In this document: in pieces, positions 8,888 to 18,580 of the stretch | How positions within the stretch are numbered: position 1 is the first letter of the stretch | Layout of the letters: every line of letters starts with the position of its first letter | NCBI GenBank assembly: GCA_021735445.1 | Contig: JAIPHA010000003.1 | Coordinates: 903-64,902, forward strand | Direction of reading: 5' to 3' | DNA length: 64,000 nt | From: Candidatus Omnitrophota bacterium | GTDB taxonomy: Bacteria > Omnitrophota > Gorgyraeia > Duberdicusellales > 4484-171 | Notes under the pieces: generated by a model | Database searches by the model: none | What the model was told of the DNA's origin: nothing | The model's input: the letters and a program-made list of their open reading frames with translations, nothing else | Position numbers and translations under genes: made by a program

Positions 8888-10681
8888 ATGGAACAAAAAA
8901 GAAAAACCAGGAATTTTTGCATTATAGCCCATATAGACCATGGTAAATCTACCTTAGCGGATAGATTTTTAGAAATTGCCGGAACCGTTAAAGGAAAAAT
9001 TTCTCAGCAGATGCTAGACAGTATGGAATTAGAAAGAGAAAGAGGGATTACGATTAAGGCAAAAGCAGTGCGCTTGGTCTATTCTTCCGGCGGAGATAGT
9101 TATATTTTAAATTTAATCGATACTCCCGGCCATGTTGATTTCAGTTATGAAGTCGCAAAATCTTTAAAAGGCTGTGAGGGAGCAATTCTTTTAGTTGATG
9201 CCGCTCAGGGAGTTGAAGCGCAAACCGTAGCTAACTTTCATTTAGCTTTAGAAGGCAATTTAAAAATTATTCCTGTTCTTAACAAAATAGACTTACCCGG
9301 CGCGGATTTAGAAAAAGGGTACCGGCAGTTGTTTGATATTTTTGGTTTTAAAAAGGAAGAAGTCTCGGCGGTTTCTGCTAAAGACGGGTCTGGGGTAGGA
9401 GAGTTGCTGGATAGGTTAATCAAAGAAATTCCCCCGCCTTCCGGAGATCCGGAAAAACCAACCAGAGCAGTACTTTTTGATTCTGCTTATGATTTATACC
9501 GGGGCGTTGTACTTTTTTTAAGAATTTTTGACGGGAAAATTAAACAAGGCGACAGAATTTTATTGATGCACCAAAAGAAAGAATACCGGGTCGAGGAGAT
9601 AGGTATTTTTTCACCTCAACCTGTAAAAAAGGAGAGTCTTGCTTGCGGCCAGGTTGGTTATATTTGCTGCAACATAAAAAATCCTAACGAGGTTGATGTG
9701 GGAGATACCGTTACCTTAAGTGCAAATCCCGCTTCTTCTCCTTTCGAAAGTTATCAGAAAATGTCGCCGATGGTTTTTGCGGGGATATTCCCTTCTTCCT
9801 CGCAGGACTATATAAGTTTGCGTGAAGCTATCGAAAAGCTAAATCTTTCCGACTCCTCTTTTAGCTATGAGCCGGATAGTTTAGGCGGCCTGGGCCATGG
9901 GTTCCGCTGCGGCTTTTTAGGCCTTCTCCATATGGATATTGTCCAGGAAAGGCTGGAGAGAGAATATGATCTTGATCTTATAGTTACATCGCCTAATGTT
10001 AAATATAAAATAAGACAAAAAGGGTCTAGGAAAACCAAAGAGATTGAAAGCGCTCATCAATTTCCCGATTTGCAAGAAATTGACCACGTTTATGAACCAT
10101 TTGTCACCGCTACGATTATGGTGCCGGTTGATTTTATTGATTCGGTGTGTGATTTAGCTAAGTCAAGGCGAGGGAATTTTAAAAAAATGGATTATCTGGG
10201 CAAAGACCGCCTTAACATAATGTTTGACATACCTTTATCTGAAATAGTTATTGATTTTTATGATAAAATAAAGTCTGTGACTCGCGGATACGGTTCTTTT
10301 GATTATGAGTTTACAGGGTATAAGGAAACAGATATCGTTCAGCTGGATATTCTTTTTAATCAAAAAAAAGTAGATGCTTTTTCTCTTTTAGTTCATAGAA
10401 CCAAAGCAGAGAGTAAAGGGCGGGCTGTGGCAGAGAAGTTAAAAGAGCTAATCCCCCGCCAGATGTATGAGGTTAAAGTGCAAGCTGCTATAGGCTCAAA
10501 AATAATAGCTTCTGCTAAGGTCCGGGCTATGAAAAAGAATGTTACGGCAAAATGTTACGGTGGCGATGTGAGCAGAAAAAGAAAACTTTGGGAAAAACAA
10601 AAAAAAGGCAAAAAGAAGATGAAACAGCTGGGAAATGTTTCTGTACCCCGGGGGGCTTTTTTGGAAGTCCTGAAGATGTAA
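8888..10681 (+). CDS. lepA: Translation elongation factor 4 (LepA)
   Basis: 597 aa with NFCIIAHIDHGKSTLADR, DTPGHVDF and NKID GTPase motifs and the LepA-specific C-terminal domain. Confidence 0.97.
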   Translation: MEQKRKTRNFCIIAHIDHGKSTLADRFLEIAGTVKGKISQQMLDSMELERERGITIKAKAVRLVYSSGGDSYILNLIDTPGHVDFSYEVAKSLKGCEGAILLVDAAQGVEAQTVANFHLALEGNLKIIPVLNKIDLPGADLEKGYRQLFDIFGFKKEEVSAVSAKDGSGVGELLDRLIKEIPPPSGDPEKPTRAVLFDSAYDLYRGVVLFLRIFDGKIKQGDRILLMHQKKEYRVEEIGIFSPQPVKKESLACGQVGYICCNIKNPNEVDVGDTVTLSANPASSPFESYQKMSPMVFAGIFPSSSQDYISLREAIEKLNLSDSSFSYEPDSLGGLGHGFRCGFLGLLHMDIVQERLEREYDLDLIVTSPNVKYKIRQKGSRKTKEIESAHQFPDLQEIDHVYEPFVTATIMVPVDFIDSVCDLAKSRRGNFKKMDYLGKDRLNIMFDIPLSEIVIDFYDKIKSVTRGYGSFDYEFTGYKETDIVQLDILFNQKKVDAFSLLVHRTKAESKGRAVAEKLKELIPRQMYEVKVQAAIGSKIIASAKVRAMKKNVTAKCYGGDVSRKRKLWEKQKKGKKKMKQLGNVSVPRGAFLEVLKM

Positions 10682-10728
10682 ATTTTGCTAAAAACGAAAA
10701 AGAATAATGTTGTGTTAACAGGAGAAAA

Positions 10729-11316
10729 ATGAAGAAAAAAAGTTCAACAAGAGAATGGATTGAATCAATAGTAGTTGCCGCGCTTTTAGTCGTAGTTTTA
10801 AAAACATTTTTTTTCCAAATGTATAAGATTCCTACTACTTCAATGGTTCCTACTCTTAAGCCTAAAGATAAGATATTTGTAAGCAAGTTAAGCTATGGGC
10901 CGAAGATGCCTTTTAATTTAGGCCGGCTGCCTGGATTCGCTGATCCGGAGAGAGGAGATGTGATAGTTTTTATACCGCCTCAAGAGGTAAAACAACCTTG
11001 GTATAGAAGAAAACCATATATAAAAAGAGTTGTTGGCTTACCCGGGGAGACTATCGAAATAAATAAAGGAAATATTCAGATTAACGGCGAGGAAGTTATT
11101 ATGCCGGAAGTTGCGGCTTTTTTTTATTATAACCAAGGCGAATACGCAAGAACAGGCAAAAAAGTAGTTGTTCCGGAGAAAAAATATTTTTGTTTGGGAG
11201 ATAATAGCATTAGTTCCAAGGATAGCCGTTACTGGGGTTTTGTCGATAAAGAGCAAATTATCGGAGAAGCAATTTTTATCTGGTGGCCGCCAAAAAGGAT
11301 CGGGATGATAGAATGA
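10729..11316 (+). CDS. lepB: Signal peptidase I
   Basis: N-terminal TM helix, catalytic Ser in the IPTTSMVPTL region, and GDNSISSKDSRYWGFV box E. Confidence 0.9.
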   Translation: MKKKSSTREWIESIVVAALLVVVLKTFFFQMYKIPTTSMVPTLKPKDKIFVSKLSYGPKMPFNLGRLPGFADPERGDVIVFIPPQEVKQPWYRRKPYIKRVVGLPGETIEINKGNIQINGEEVIMPEVAAFFYYNQGEYARTGKKVVVPEKKYFCLGDNSISSKDSRYWGFVDKEQIIGEAIFIWWPPKRIGMIE

Positions 11317-11633
11317 TTAAAAGTCCAACGTCTGAAGTCCAAAGTCTGAAGTCAATAAAGAATATTGGGTTATTGTTAGTGATCGGTTTGTTTTTAGCCG
11401 GTTGCGTCACAACTCAGGAATATGTCTATGAAGATGATGTTTTCAGAAAGAAGAGCGAGGTTTTAGACGAAAATCAAATTAAAGAAAAAAAGAAAGAGTG
11501 GATAGGCTCCTATTTAAAAGAAGATAGTTTGCCTAAACAGTGCCCAGTGTGCCGGAGAAGATATCAAATTTCTTTAGAAAAATGCCCTTATGATGGTACT
11601 GAGTTAGAGGAAATAGCAGAGGATAAACTCTGA
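11313..11633 (+). CDS. Hypothetical lipoprotein with a C-terminal CxxC...CxxxG zinc-ribbon-like motif
   Basis: Lipobox LFLAGC. The ATG at 11313 overlaps the lepB stop (ATGA), whereas the ORF-track start at 11283 lies inside lepB. The N-terminal 13 codons are encoded by a heptamer array. Confidence 0.45.
   Translation: MIKSPTSEVQSLKSIKNIGLLLVIGLFLAGCVTTQEYVYEDDVFRKKSEVLDENQIKEKKKEWIGSYLKEDSLPKQCPVCRRRYQISLEKCPYDGTELEEIAEDKL
11323..11353. repeat. Heptamer array gtccaac gtctgaa gtccaaa gtctgaa gtc
   Basis: The 7-nt register was read directly. It lies at the lepB/lipoprotein junction and is translated as SPTSEVQSLKS. Confidence 0.8.
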
Positions 11634-11682
11634 ATCCCAAATATTAAACTTTAAATAAACTCAAAGCTAGGGGGTAACTAAT

Positions 11683-12234
11683 ATGAGTTTTGCCGATAAA
11701 ATTAGCTCGATAAGAATAATTCTTATTCCTGTTTTTGTGTCTTTGCTTATTTATTCTGAAACTCACCCGGCTATGAGATATTTTGCTGTGGCAGTTTTTG
11801 TTTTAGCAGTTTTAAGTGATTTTTTTGACGGGATGGTAGCCAGGATAAAGAAAGAAAAATCTGAATTAGGCCAGATTATCGATCCGTTAGCAGACAAACT
11901 CCTTCTTCTAACTGCCTTTATAACATTGTTGCTTTTAAAAGAATATCCTATGTATTTATGGCTGGTTTTAATTGTGGTAAGCAGGGATTTGATTATATCG
12001 TTTGGTTTCGCAATTTTAAAAATGCTCAAAATAGAAATAGAAATTTCTCCTTCATTTTGGGGAAAATTCACAACCTTTTCTCAAATGATAACTATTTTTT
12101 GGATTTTATTAAAAGTACCTTATCACTTTTATATCTCGCTGGTGGCCGCAGCTTTTACATTAATATCCGGTTTAGATTATTTTTTACGGGGGGTAAGAGC
12201 ATTAAATGCTAAAATCAATCCTTCTTCTCGCTAG
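11683..12234 (+). CDS. pgsA: CDP-diacylglycerol--glycerol-3-phosphate 3-phosphatidyltransferase (CDP-alcohol phosphatidyltransferase family)
   Basis: The DFFDGMVAR...G...DPLADK signature of CDP-alcohol phosphatidyltransferases; polytopic membrane protein. Confidence 0.85.
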   Translation: MSFADKISSIRIILIPVFVSLLIYSETHPAMRYFAVAVFVLAVLSDFFDGMVARIKKEKSELGQIIDPLADKLLLLTAFITLLLLKEYPMYLWLVLIVVSRDLIISFGFAILKMLKIEIEISPSFWGKFTTFSQMITIFWILLKVPYHFYISLVAAAFTLISGLDYFLRGVRALNAKINPSSR

Positions 12235-12805
12235 TTTTTTCCTGGGGTCTATCCCCTTTGGATATATTGCCGCCCGAAAGATTAAACATATCGATATTCG
12301 CAGTTATGGCTCCGGTAATATCGGAGCGACTAATGTTTTTAGGGTGGTTGGCAAAAAATGGGGCATATTTGTATTTTTCTTTGATTTTTTAAAAGGGTTT
12401 ATAGTTCCTTTTTTAGTTTATTTTTTCGGTCATTTCGAATCTTATTTTTTAATTATTTTAGGAGCCGCAGCAATCGCAGGCCATAATTGGCCGCCTTTTT
12501 TAAAATTTAAAGGAGGCAAGGGGGTGGCTACCAGCCTTGGGGTGCTGGCTGCTTTGTGTTTTTCGTTTGTTTCTTTAAAAATAATATTATTGATTAGTTT
12601 AATAACTTGGTTAATTATATTTTTATTAACCAGAATAGTTTCTTTAGCTTCTATTTTAGCCTCTTTTTCTTTTGTAATTTTTTCTTTTATTTTATCTCAA
12701 GCAACGGAGTTGAAAGTATTAGGCGTTTTGCTTTTTTTATTTATTGTAATCAGGCATAAAAAAAATATAAAAATGATTTTGAAAGGCAAGGAGAATAAAT
12801 TTTAA
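12206..12805 (+). CDS. plsY: Glycerol-3-phosphate acyltransferase PlsY
   Basis: GSGNIGATNVFR and KGGKGVAT motifs; ~200-aa membrane protein. Confidence 0.9.
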   Translation: MLKSILLLASFFLGSIPFGYIAARKIKHIDIRSYGSGNIGATNVFRVVGKKWGIFVFFFDFLKGFIVPFLVYFFGHFESYFLIILGAAAIAGHNWPPFLKFKGGKGVATSLGVLAALCFSFVSLKIILLISLITWLIIFLLTRIVSLASILASFSFVIFSFILSQATELKVLGVLLFLFIVIRHKKNIKMILKGKENKF

Positions 12806-12842
12806 TTTCACAGATTGTTCTTTAGGGCAGACGCAGGGAAGT

Positions 12843-12871
12843 TTGACACTTTAGTTTTGTAAAGGTATAAT
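12843..12871 (+). promoter_or_regulatory. Sigma-70-type promoter upstream of recA (TTGACA-17 nt-TATAAT)
   Basis: TTGACA at 12843-12848 and TATAAT at 12866-12871 with a 17-nt spacer, both consensus hexamers. Confidence 0.6.
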
Positions 12872-12934
12872 TCTAAATACAAACTGTATGGCGGAAGCTA
12901 AAAACGTCAAATATTAAATTCTCGATAGATTAAA

Positions 12935-12974
12935 GTTAAGACACTTCGCTAAATAAAATCATTTTCAATGGAGG
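12935..12974 (+). promoter_or_regulatory. 40-nt conserved leader/RBS block, copy 1 (upstream of recA)
   Basis: gttaagacacttcgctaaataaaatcattttcaatggagg matches 24341-24380 at 37 of 40 positions. It ends in the GGAGG Shine-Dalgarno sequence. Confidence 0.7.
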
Positions 12975-12979
12975 TATGT

Positions 12980-14017
12980 ATGGCTCAAAAACAAAAGAAA
13001 ATAAACAATCAGGATGGTAAAAAAAAGGCGTTGAATTTGGCCCTTTCACAAATTGAAAAACAATTTGGCAAGGGCGCAATTATGAGAATGGGTGAGGGCC
13101 GCAGCCTGGATGTGTCGGTAATACCTACCGGAATCTATTCCTTAGACGAAGCCTTGGGAGCCGGAGGCTTGCCGCGCGGCAGAGCGATGGAGATTTACGG
13201 CCCGGAAGGTTCGGGTAAAACCACTCTCACTTTAAGCATTATCGCTGAAGCTCAAAAGAATGATGGGGTAGCTGCTTTTATTGATGCTGAGCATAGTTTT
13301 GACCCTAAATACGCAAAATTAATCGGAGTTAAATTGGATGATCTTTTAATCTCTCAGCCCGATACCGGAGAACAGGCTTTAGATATAGTAGAGGCTTTGG
13401 TGCGTTCAAATGCAGTGGATATGATAGTGGTGGATTCGGTAGCAGCGCTTGTTCCTAAGGCTGAAATCGAAGGCCAGATGGGAGATTCCCAGATTGCCCT
13501 TCAAGCCAGGCTAATGAGCCAGGCTATGCGCAAGTTAACCGCGGTGGTAAGCAAATCAAAGACTTGTGTTGTTTTCATTAACCAGATTAGGGAAAAAGTT
13601 GGTGTTATGTTTGGCTCTCCTGAGGTAACTCCGGGTGGCAGGGCGTTAAAGTTTTATTCATCGGTGAGAATTGATCTTAGGAAAAGAGCAACTTTGACTA
13701 CGAGCGAAGGCGTTGTGGGAATGAGAGTCCGGGCAAAAATTGTTAAAAATAAAGTAGCGCCTCCTTTCCGTGAAGCTATGTTTGAAATCATGTATGACGA
13801 AGGCGTTTCTAAAACCGGCGCTTTAATCGATGCCGCGATGGAAAAAGGGATATTAAAGCAATCCGGAAGCTGGTTTTCCTGGAAGGATGAAAATGTAGCC
13901 CAAGGTAAGGAAAATTTACGCAAAGTCCTCAAAGAAAATAATCAACTAAAAGAAAAACTGGAAAAAGAGCTAACCAAAGAAATGGCAAGCGAAGAGACAG
14001 AGGGCAAGGAGGGGTAA
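12980..14017 (+). CDS. recA: Recombinase RecA
   Basis: [12 protein letters not shown] Walker A motif and the full-length RecA pattern. ATG at 12980 follows GGAGG at 12970-12974; the ORF-track start at 12968 overlaps the RBS. Confidence 0.97.
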   Translation: MAQKQKKINNQDGKKKALNLALSQIEKQFGKGAIMRMGEGRSLDVSVIPTGIYSLDEALGAGGLPRGRAMEIYGPEGSGKTTLTLSIIAEAQKNDGVAAFIDAEHSFDPKYAKLIGVKLDDLLISQPDTGEQALDIVEALVRSNAVDMIVVDSVAALVPKAEIEGQMGDSQIALQARLMSQAMRKLTAVVSKSKTCVVFINQIREKVGVMFGSPEVTPGGRALKFYSSVRIDLRKRATLTTSEGVVGMRVRAKIVKNKVAPPFREAMFEIMYDEGVSKTGALIDAAMEKGILKQSGSWFSWKDENVAQGKENLRKVLKENNQLKEKLEKELTKEMASEETEGKEG

Positions 14018-14018
14018 T

Positions 14019-15431
14019 ATGAAAAAAATAATCATCACTTTAATTTTAACGGGTTGCTTTATCCAAACCGGTTACTCTGCCAGAGCGGTAGGGCTGGAGG
14101 AGGCAACCGTAAAGGTCGCTGAAGATGTCGGTAAATCGGTTGTGTCGATAAGTTCTGTGATTAAGGAAAAAGTTGGCACTCAGTTTTATTTTGGGTCTCC
14201 TTTTGAAGGAGAGACTGATGACCCTTTCCAAAAGTTTTTCGAAGATTTTTTCGAAAGATCTCCCGAACGGGAATATGAAAGAATGGGGCTGGGCAGCGGT
14301 GTAATTATTAAAAAAGACGGTTATATCCTTACTAATGCGCATGTGGTTTCTAAAGCTGAAGATGTAGTAGTTAAATTGTCAGATGGCAGGGAGTTTGACG
14401 CCGAGGTAGCCGGAGTCGACCCTAAAAGCGATTTAGCTGTGATAAAGATAGATGCCGATGACCTTCCTGTTTCTGATTTAGGAGATTCATCTGATTTAAA
14501 AATAGGAAATTGGGTAGTTGCAATTGGAAACCCTTTTGGTTTTGCGATTGAAAACCCTGAACCAACCGTTACTGTCGGAGTAGTTAGCGCACTGCAGAGA
14601 TATCTACCGGCTTTGGGAGACCGGAGGATTGGCTATGATGGTTTAATCCAGACCGATGCCGCAATTAATCCCGGCAATAGCGGAGGGCCGCTTGTTAATT
14701 TAAAAGGGGAAGTGGTAGGGATAAACGTAGCTATTCTTACCCGTACCGGAGGTTATCAAGGCCTTGGTTTTGCGATTCCGATAAATAAAGCTAAAAAAAT
14801 AATCGACAAGCTTATAAAAGGCCAGGAAGTATTATACGGATGGTTAGGGGTAAGCATTCAGGATTTAAACCAGGATTTGCGCAACTATTTTGGCATAAAG
14901 AAAAAAGAAGGGGTGATAATTGTTAAAGTTTACCAAGATTCTCCGGCTAAAAAAGCCGGCTTAAAAGAAGGAGATTTGATTTTAACTTATAATCAAAAAT
15001 CAGTAAAAACCACCCGGGATTTAGTAAGAATGGTCACCGATAGCGAGGTCGGCCAAAAGGCGAATTTAGTAATTTTGCGGAATGGAAAGGAAAAAAATAT
15101 CGATATAGAAGTTGGTAAAAGGCCCGAAGATGTTAGAAGGCTTAAGCAGTTAACCAACCAAGATAAAGCTAATTTTCGGGGAATGTCAGTTAAAAACCTG
15201 GATTCTTATCTTAAGCAAAAGCTAGGGGTTAAGCAGAATTCAGGAGTTGTTGTTATTGAGTTAGAAGATGATTCTCCTGCCGAGGCTAGTGGTTTGCAGC
15301 GTGGGGATTTAATCGAAGAGATCGAAAACAAAGATATAAAGAATATCCAGAACTTTAAAGAAGTTACGGATTCAGTCAAGGGCAGTTGTTTAATTAAGAC
15401 CAACAGAGGCTATATAGTCCTTAAAGAATAG
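14019..15431 (+). CDS. htrA: HtrA/DegP-family periplasmic serine protease with two PDZ domains
   Basis: Signal peptide, the His/Asp/Ser triad (TNAHV, DLAVIK, GNSGGPL) and two PDZ-like repeats. Confidence 0.9.
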   Translation: MKKIIITLILTGCFIQTGYSARAVGLEEATVKVAEDVGKSVVSISSVIKEKVGTQFYFGSPFEGETDDPFQKFFEDFFERSPEREYERMGLGSGVIIKKDGYILTNAHVVSKAEDVVVKLSDGREFDAEVAGVDPKSDLAVIKIDADDLPVSDLGDSSDLKIGNWVVAIGNPFGFAIENPEPTVTVGVVSALQRYLPALGDRRIGYDGLIQTDAAINPGNSGGPLVNLKGEVVGINVAILTRTGGYQGLGFAIPINKAKKIIDKLIKGQEVLYGWLGVSIQDLNQDLRNYFGIKKKEGVIIVKVYQDSPAKKAGLKEGDLILTYNQKSVKTTRDLVRMVTDSEVGQKANLVILRNGKEKNIDIEVGKRPEDVRRLKQLTNQDKANFRGMSVKNLDSYLKQKLGVKQNSGVVVIELEDDSPAEASGLQRGDLIEEIENKDIKNIQNFKEVTDSVKGSCLIKTNRGYIVLKE

Positions 15432-15435
15432 TAAA

Positions 15436-15918
15436 TTGAAAAGTTTCAGCAAGGCTTTAAGTTATGCCTACCTGCTCCTTCGCTATCGGCCAAGGAGTGA
15501 ATATGAAATTCGCCTGCGCCTAAGAAAAAAAGAGTTTTCTAAAGCAATTATCAGAAAAGTAGTCAGAAGCCTAAAAGATTATAATTATATAGATGATCAA
15601 GAGTTTGTAAAAAATTATGTTGAGAGTTCTGTTGCTAAAGGCTGGGGGCCGGTAAAGGTTGAATTTAACCTGAAAAAATTTAAGGTTGCAGCTAGATTAC
15701 GGAAGAAAGCTTTAGAGGAAATAGAAAGCCAAAGCGATAAGCTAATAGAAAAACTTTTTAAAGAAAAAATTTATTCTCTAAAGAAAAGTAAACCGGATCT
15801 AGATCAAAAAAAGCTAAAAGAAAAGGCAATAAGGTTTTTAGCAAATAAAGGGTTTTATTATAAAGATATATTTGTTTATTTAAACAGAATCGACCGGCAA
15901 GCAGATGAAAACAGATAA
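15436..15918 (+). CDS. recX: RecA regulator RecX
   Basis: LLRYRPRSEYEIRLRL and repeated three-helix modules; recA-linked position. TTG start. Confidence 0.8.
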   Translation: MKSFSKALSYAYLLLRYRPRSEYEIRLRLRKKEFSKAIIRKVVRSLKDYNYIDDQEFVKNYVESSVAKGWGPVKVEFNLKKFKVAARLRKKALEEIESQSDKLIEKLFKEKIYSLKKSKPDLDQKKLKEKAIRFLANKGFYYKDIFVYLNRIDRQADENR

Positions 15919-18580
15919 ATTACGCCAAGAATATATAGATTTTTTTAAAGAAAAAAACCATAAATTTTTTCCTTCGGATAGTTTGGTACCCGGCGATGCG
16001 TCGGTTCTTTTTACTTCAGCCGGCATGAACCGCTTTAAGCCTTATTTCTTAGGCGAAGTTAAAGGAGTAGGTTCTGCGGTATCTTGTCAACGATGTTTGC
16101 GGACCGGCGATATCGAAAGAGTCGGCAAGACTCCTTATCATCATACTTTTTTTGAGATGCTAGGTAATTTTTCCTTTGGGGATTACTTTAAGAAAGAAGC
16201 GATTGAGATGGCCTGGGAGTTTTTGGTTGAAAAGTTAAGGATTAATAAGGAAAATCTTTGGGTTTCTGTATATAAAAATGACCAGGAATCTTTTGATATC
16301 TGGAAAGATAAGATAGGAATTCCGGTTGATAAAATCGTAAAGTTTGGCCAAAGCGAAAATTTTTGGCCGGCTAATGTTATCGACGCCGGCCCCTGCGGAC
16401 CCTGCGGCCCCTGCGCCGAGATTTTTTTTGACCGGGGTAAAAACAAAGGGTGCCAGAAAGATTCTTGCAATCCCTCTTGTGGTTGCGCTAGATTTGTCGA
16501 AATTTGGAATCTTGTTTTCACTCAGTTTGACCGGCAGCCGGATGGAAGCCTTAAGGCATTGCCACAGAAAAATATCGATACCGGCATGGGATTGGAAAGA
16601 ATGGCTTCAGTTTTGCAAAATAAAGATTCTAATTTTGAAATCGATATACTGGCTCCGGCTTGCGCTAAGGTAAAAGAAATTTTAGGATTGTCAGCTGATT
16701 TTAATAAAGATTATTTAGTTAATTCTATAGTTGACCATGCCAGAGCTGTTATCTTTTCGGTAGCAGACGGAGTTTATCCTTCTAATGAAGAGCGCGGTTA
16801 TGTGGTCCGTAAGTTGTTAAGAAAAGCTTTGTGGGCTGCTAATCTTATAGGCTATAAAAGGGCGTTTATTTATCAATTAATACCTTTGTTTGTTGAGTTG
16901 ATGCAGGGGGCTTATCCTTTTATTGCGGAAAAAGCGCAGATAGTAGAAAAAGTGGTAAAGGCAGAAGAGGAGAAATTCATATTAACCCTTGATGAAGGTA
17001 AAAGTAAACTTAAGGAATACCTGGATCAGCTAAAAAAAGAAAAGAAAAAAATATTATCGGCTGATAAACTTTTTTTTCTTTATGATACCTACGGATTCCC
17101 TTTTGAATTGAGTGAAGCTGCTGCTGGGGAATTTGGGGCGGAGATAGATAAAAAAGGGGCAATTAAGCTTTTAGCCAAACAAAAAGAACGTTCCCGGGCC
17201 GGAAGCAAATTTTCTCCGGAGATATTTAAAAAAGGTTGCCCTTTGTTGGCTGAAAAAGAGGCTACTCAATTTACCGGATACGAAAACTGTGAAATTTCTG
17301 CTAAGATAACTGATATTTTTCCCTTAAAAGGCACAAAAGTCAATTGGGAAGATAAACGAGAATGCCTTGAAAAAGGGCAAAAGGGGGTAGTGATTTTAGA
17401 TAAAACTCCTTTTTATACTGAATCCGGCGGCCAGCTTTCCGACCGGGGAATTATTAAAACAAATCAAGGTAAATTTTATGTTAAAAATGCTTATAGGATA
17501 GGGGCCGAATCCGTTGCGCTTCATCAAGGCGAGGTTATAGAGGGCGTAATTAAAGAAGAGAAAGCAAGGGCAAGGGTAGACAACAAAAGGAGAAAAGCGT
17601 TATCCCGGGCCCATACCGCAACCCATCTCCTCCAGGCATCTTTACGGGAAGTTTTGGGAGAACACGTAAGCCAGCAGGGTTCGTTGGTTGATGAAGACCG
17701 TCTTCGTTTTGATTTTACCCACTTTAAAGGGTTGGATTTTTTTCAAATAGAAAAGATTGAAAATTTAGTAAATTTTTATATTTTAAAAGCAGATAAGGTT
17801 TGTAAAGAGAATTTATCTTTTCAAACAGCTAAGGAAAAAGGCGCTTTGGCGTTTTTTAAAGAAAAATATGACAATGAAGTAAGAATGGTATCTATATCAG
17901 ATTATAGCAAGGAATTATGCGGCGGCACACACCTTGATAATAGTTCAGAGATAGCGGGTTTTATGATAGTTTCCGAAGGCTCGGTAAGCAGCGGAATAAG
18001 AAGGATTGAGGCGGTAGTCGGCAGCAAATTTTACCAGGCCTTTAAAGATCAAAAGAATAAACTGATTGAGCTAGCTAAAATGCTTAAATCTAGTACCGCT
18101 AAGATTAAACCGGCCTTAGAAAAAGAATTAAAAAGTTATAAAGATTGCAAGAGCAGAGTAGTAAAATTAGAAAAAGAGAAAGTATCGGGCATTGCCAAAA
18201 AGTTAATTGACAAGCACCTAGAGCAGGCTGCCGGAAAAAATTTATTAATTTATGATTTTACAGAAATTAATAGTCTCGATTTAAATTATTCGAATTTTTT
18301 TGATTTAGCTGATTTGCTTAAGGATAAATTAGATTCTTTTTTTGCTTTTTTTATTGGCAAACAAAACAATAAATTGAGATTTTTATCTTTTTGTTCAAAA
18401 AAATTAAATGACCAGGGAATAAGTTGTAAAGATTTTATAGACAGCGTTAAGGATGATCTGTCCTTAAAAGGCGGGGGGACTGATAAGCTGGTTCAGGGAG
18501 TAGTTGCCAAAAAAGAGGCAGGCTTAACGCTTAAAATTAAAAGTTATTTTGTGAGGTTTTTAAACAATGAGAGTAATTAG
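15905..18580 (+). CDS. alaS: Alanine--tRNA ligase
   Basis: 891 aa with class II core motifs, GPCGPC-type zinc region, HTATHLL editing domain and a C-terminal DHHA1-like region. Confidence 0.97.
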   Translation: MKTDKLRQEYIDFFKEKNHKFFPSDSLVPGDASVLFTSAGMNRFKPYFLGEVKGVGSAVSCQRCLRTGDIERVGKTPYHHTFFEMLGNFSFGDYFKKEAIEMAWEFLVEKLRINKENLWVSVYKNDQESFDIWKDKIGIPVDKIVKFGQSENFWPANVIDAGPCGPCGPCAEIFFDRGKNKGCQKDSCNPSCGCARFVEIWNLVFTQFDRQPDGSLKALPQKNIDTGMGLERMASVLQNKDSNFEIDILAPACAKVKEILGLSADFNKDYLVNSIVDHARAVIFSVADGVYPSNEERGYVVRKLLRKALWAANLIGYKRAFIYQLIPLFVELMQGAYPFIAEKAQIVEKVVKAEEEKFILTLDEGKSKLKEYLDQLKKEKKKILSADKLFFLYDTYGFPFELSEAAAGEFGAEIDKKGAIKLLAKQKERSRAGSKFSPEIFKKGCPLLAEKEATQFTGYENCEISAKITDIFPLKGTKVNWEDKRECLEKGQKGVVILDKTPFYTESGGQLSDRGIIKTNQGKFYVKNAYRIGAESVALHQGEVIEGVIKEEKARARVDNKRRKALSRAHTATHLLQASLREVLGEHVSQQGSLVDEDRLRFDFTHFKGLDFFQIEKIENLVNFYILKADKVCKENLSFQTAKEKGALAFFKEKYDNEVRMVSISDYSKELCGGTHLDNSSEIAGFMIVSEGSVSSGIRRIEAVVGSKFYQAFKDQKNKLIELAKMLKSSTAKIKPALEKELKSYKDCKSRVVKLEKEKVSGIAKKLIDKHLEQAAGKNLLIYDFTEINSLDLNYSNFFDLADLLKDKLDSFFAFFIGKQNNKLRFLSFCSKKLNDQGISCKDFIDSVKDDLSLKGGGTDKLVQGVVAKKEAGLTLKIKSYFVRFLNNESN

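Noticed and set aside
12888-12917. 9-codon upstream ORF (MAEAKNVKY) in the recA leader
   Set aside because: It has no Shine-Dalgarno sequence and no supporting conservation evidence, so it is likely fortuitous.
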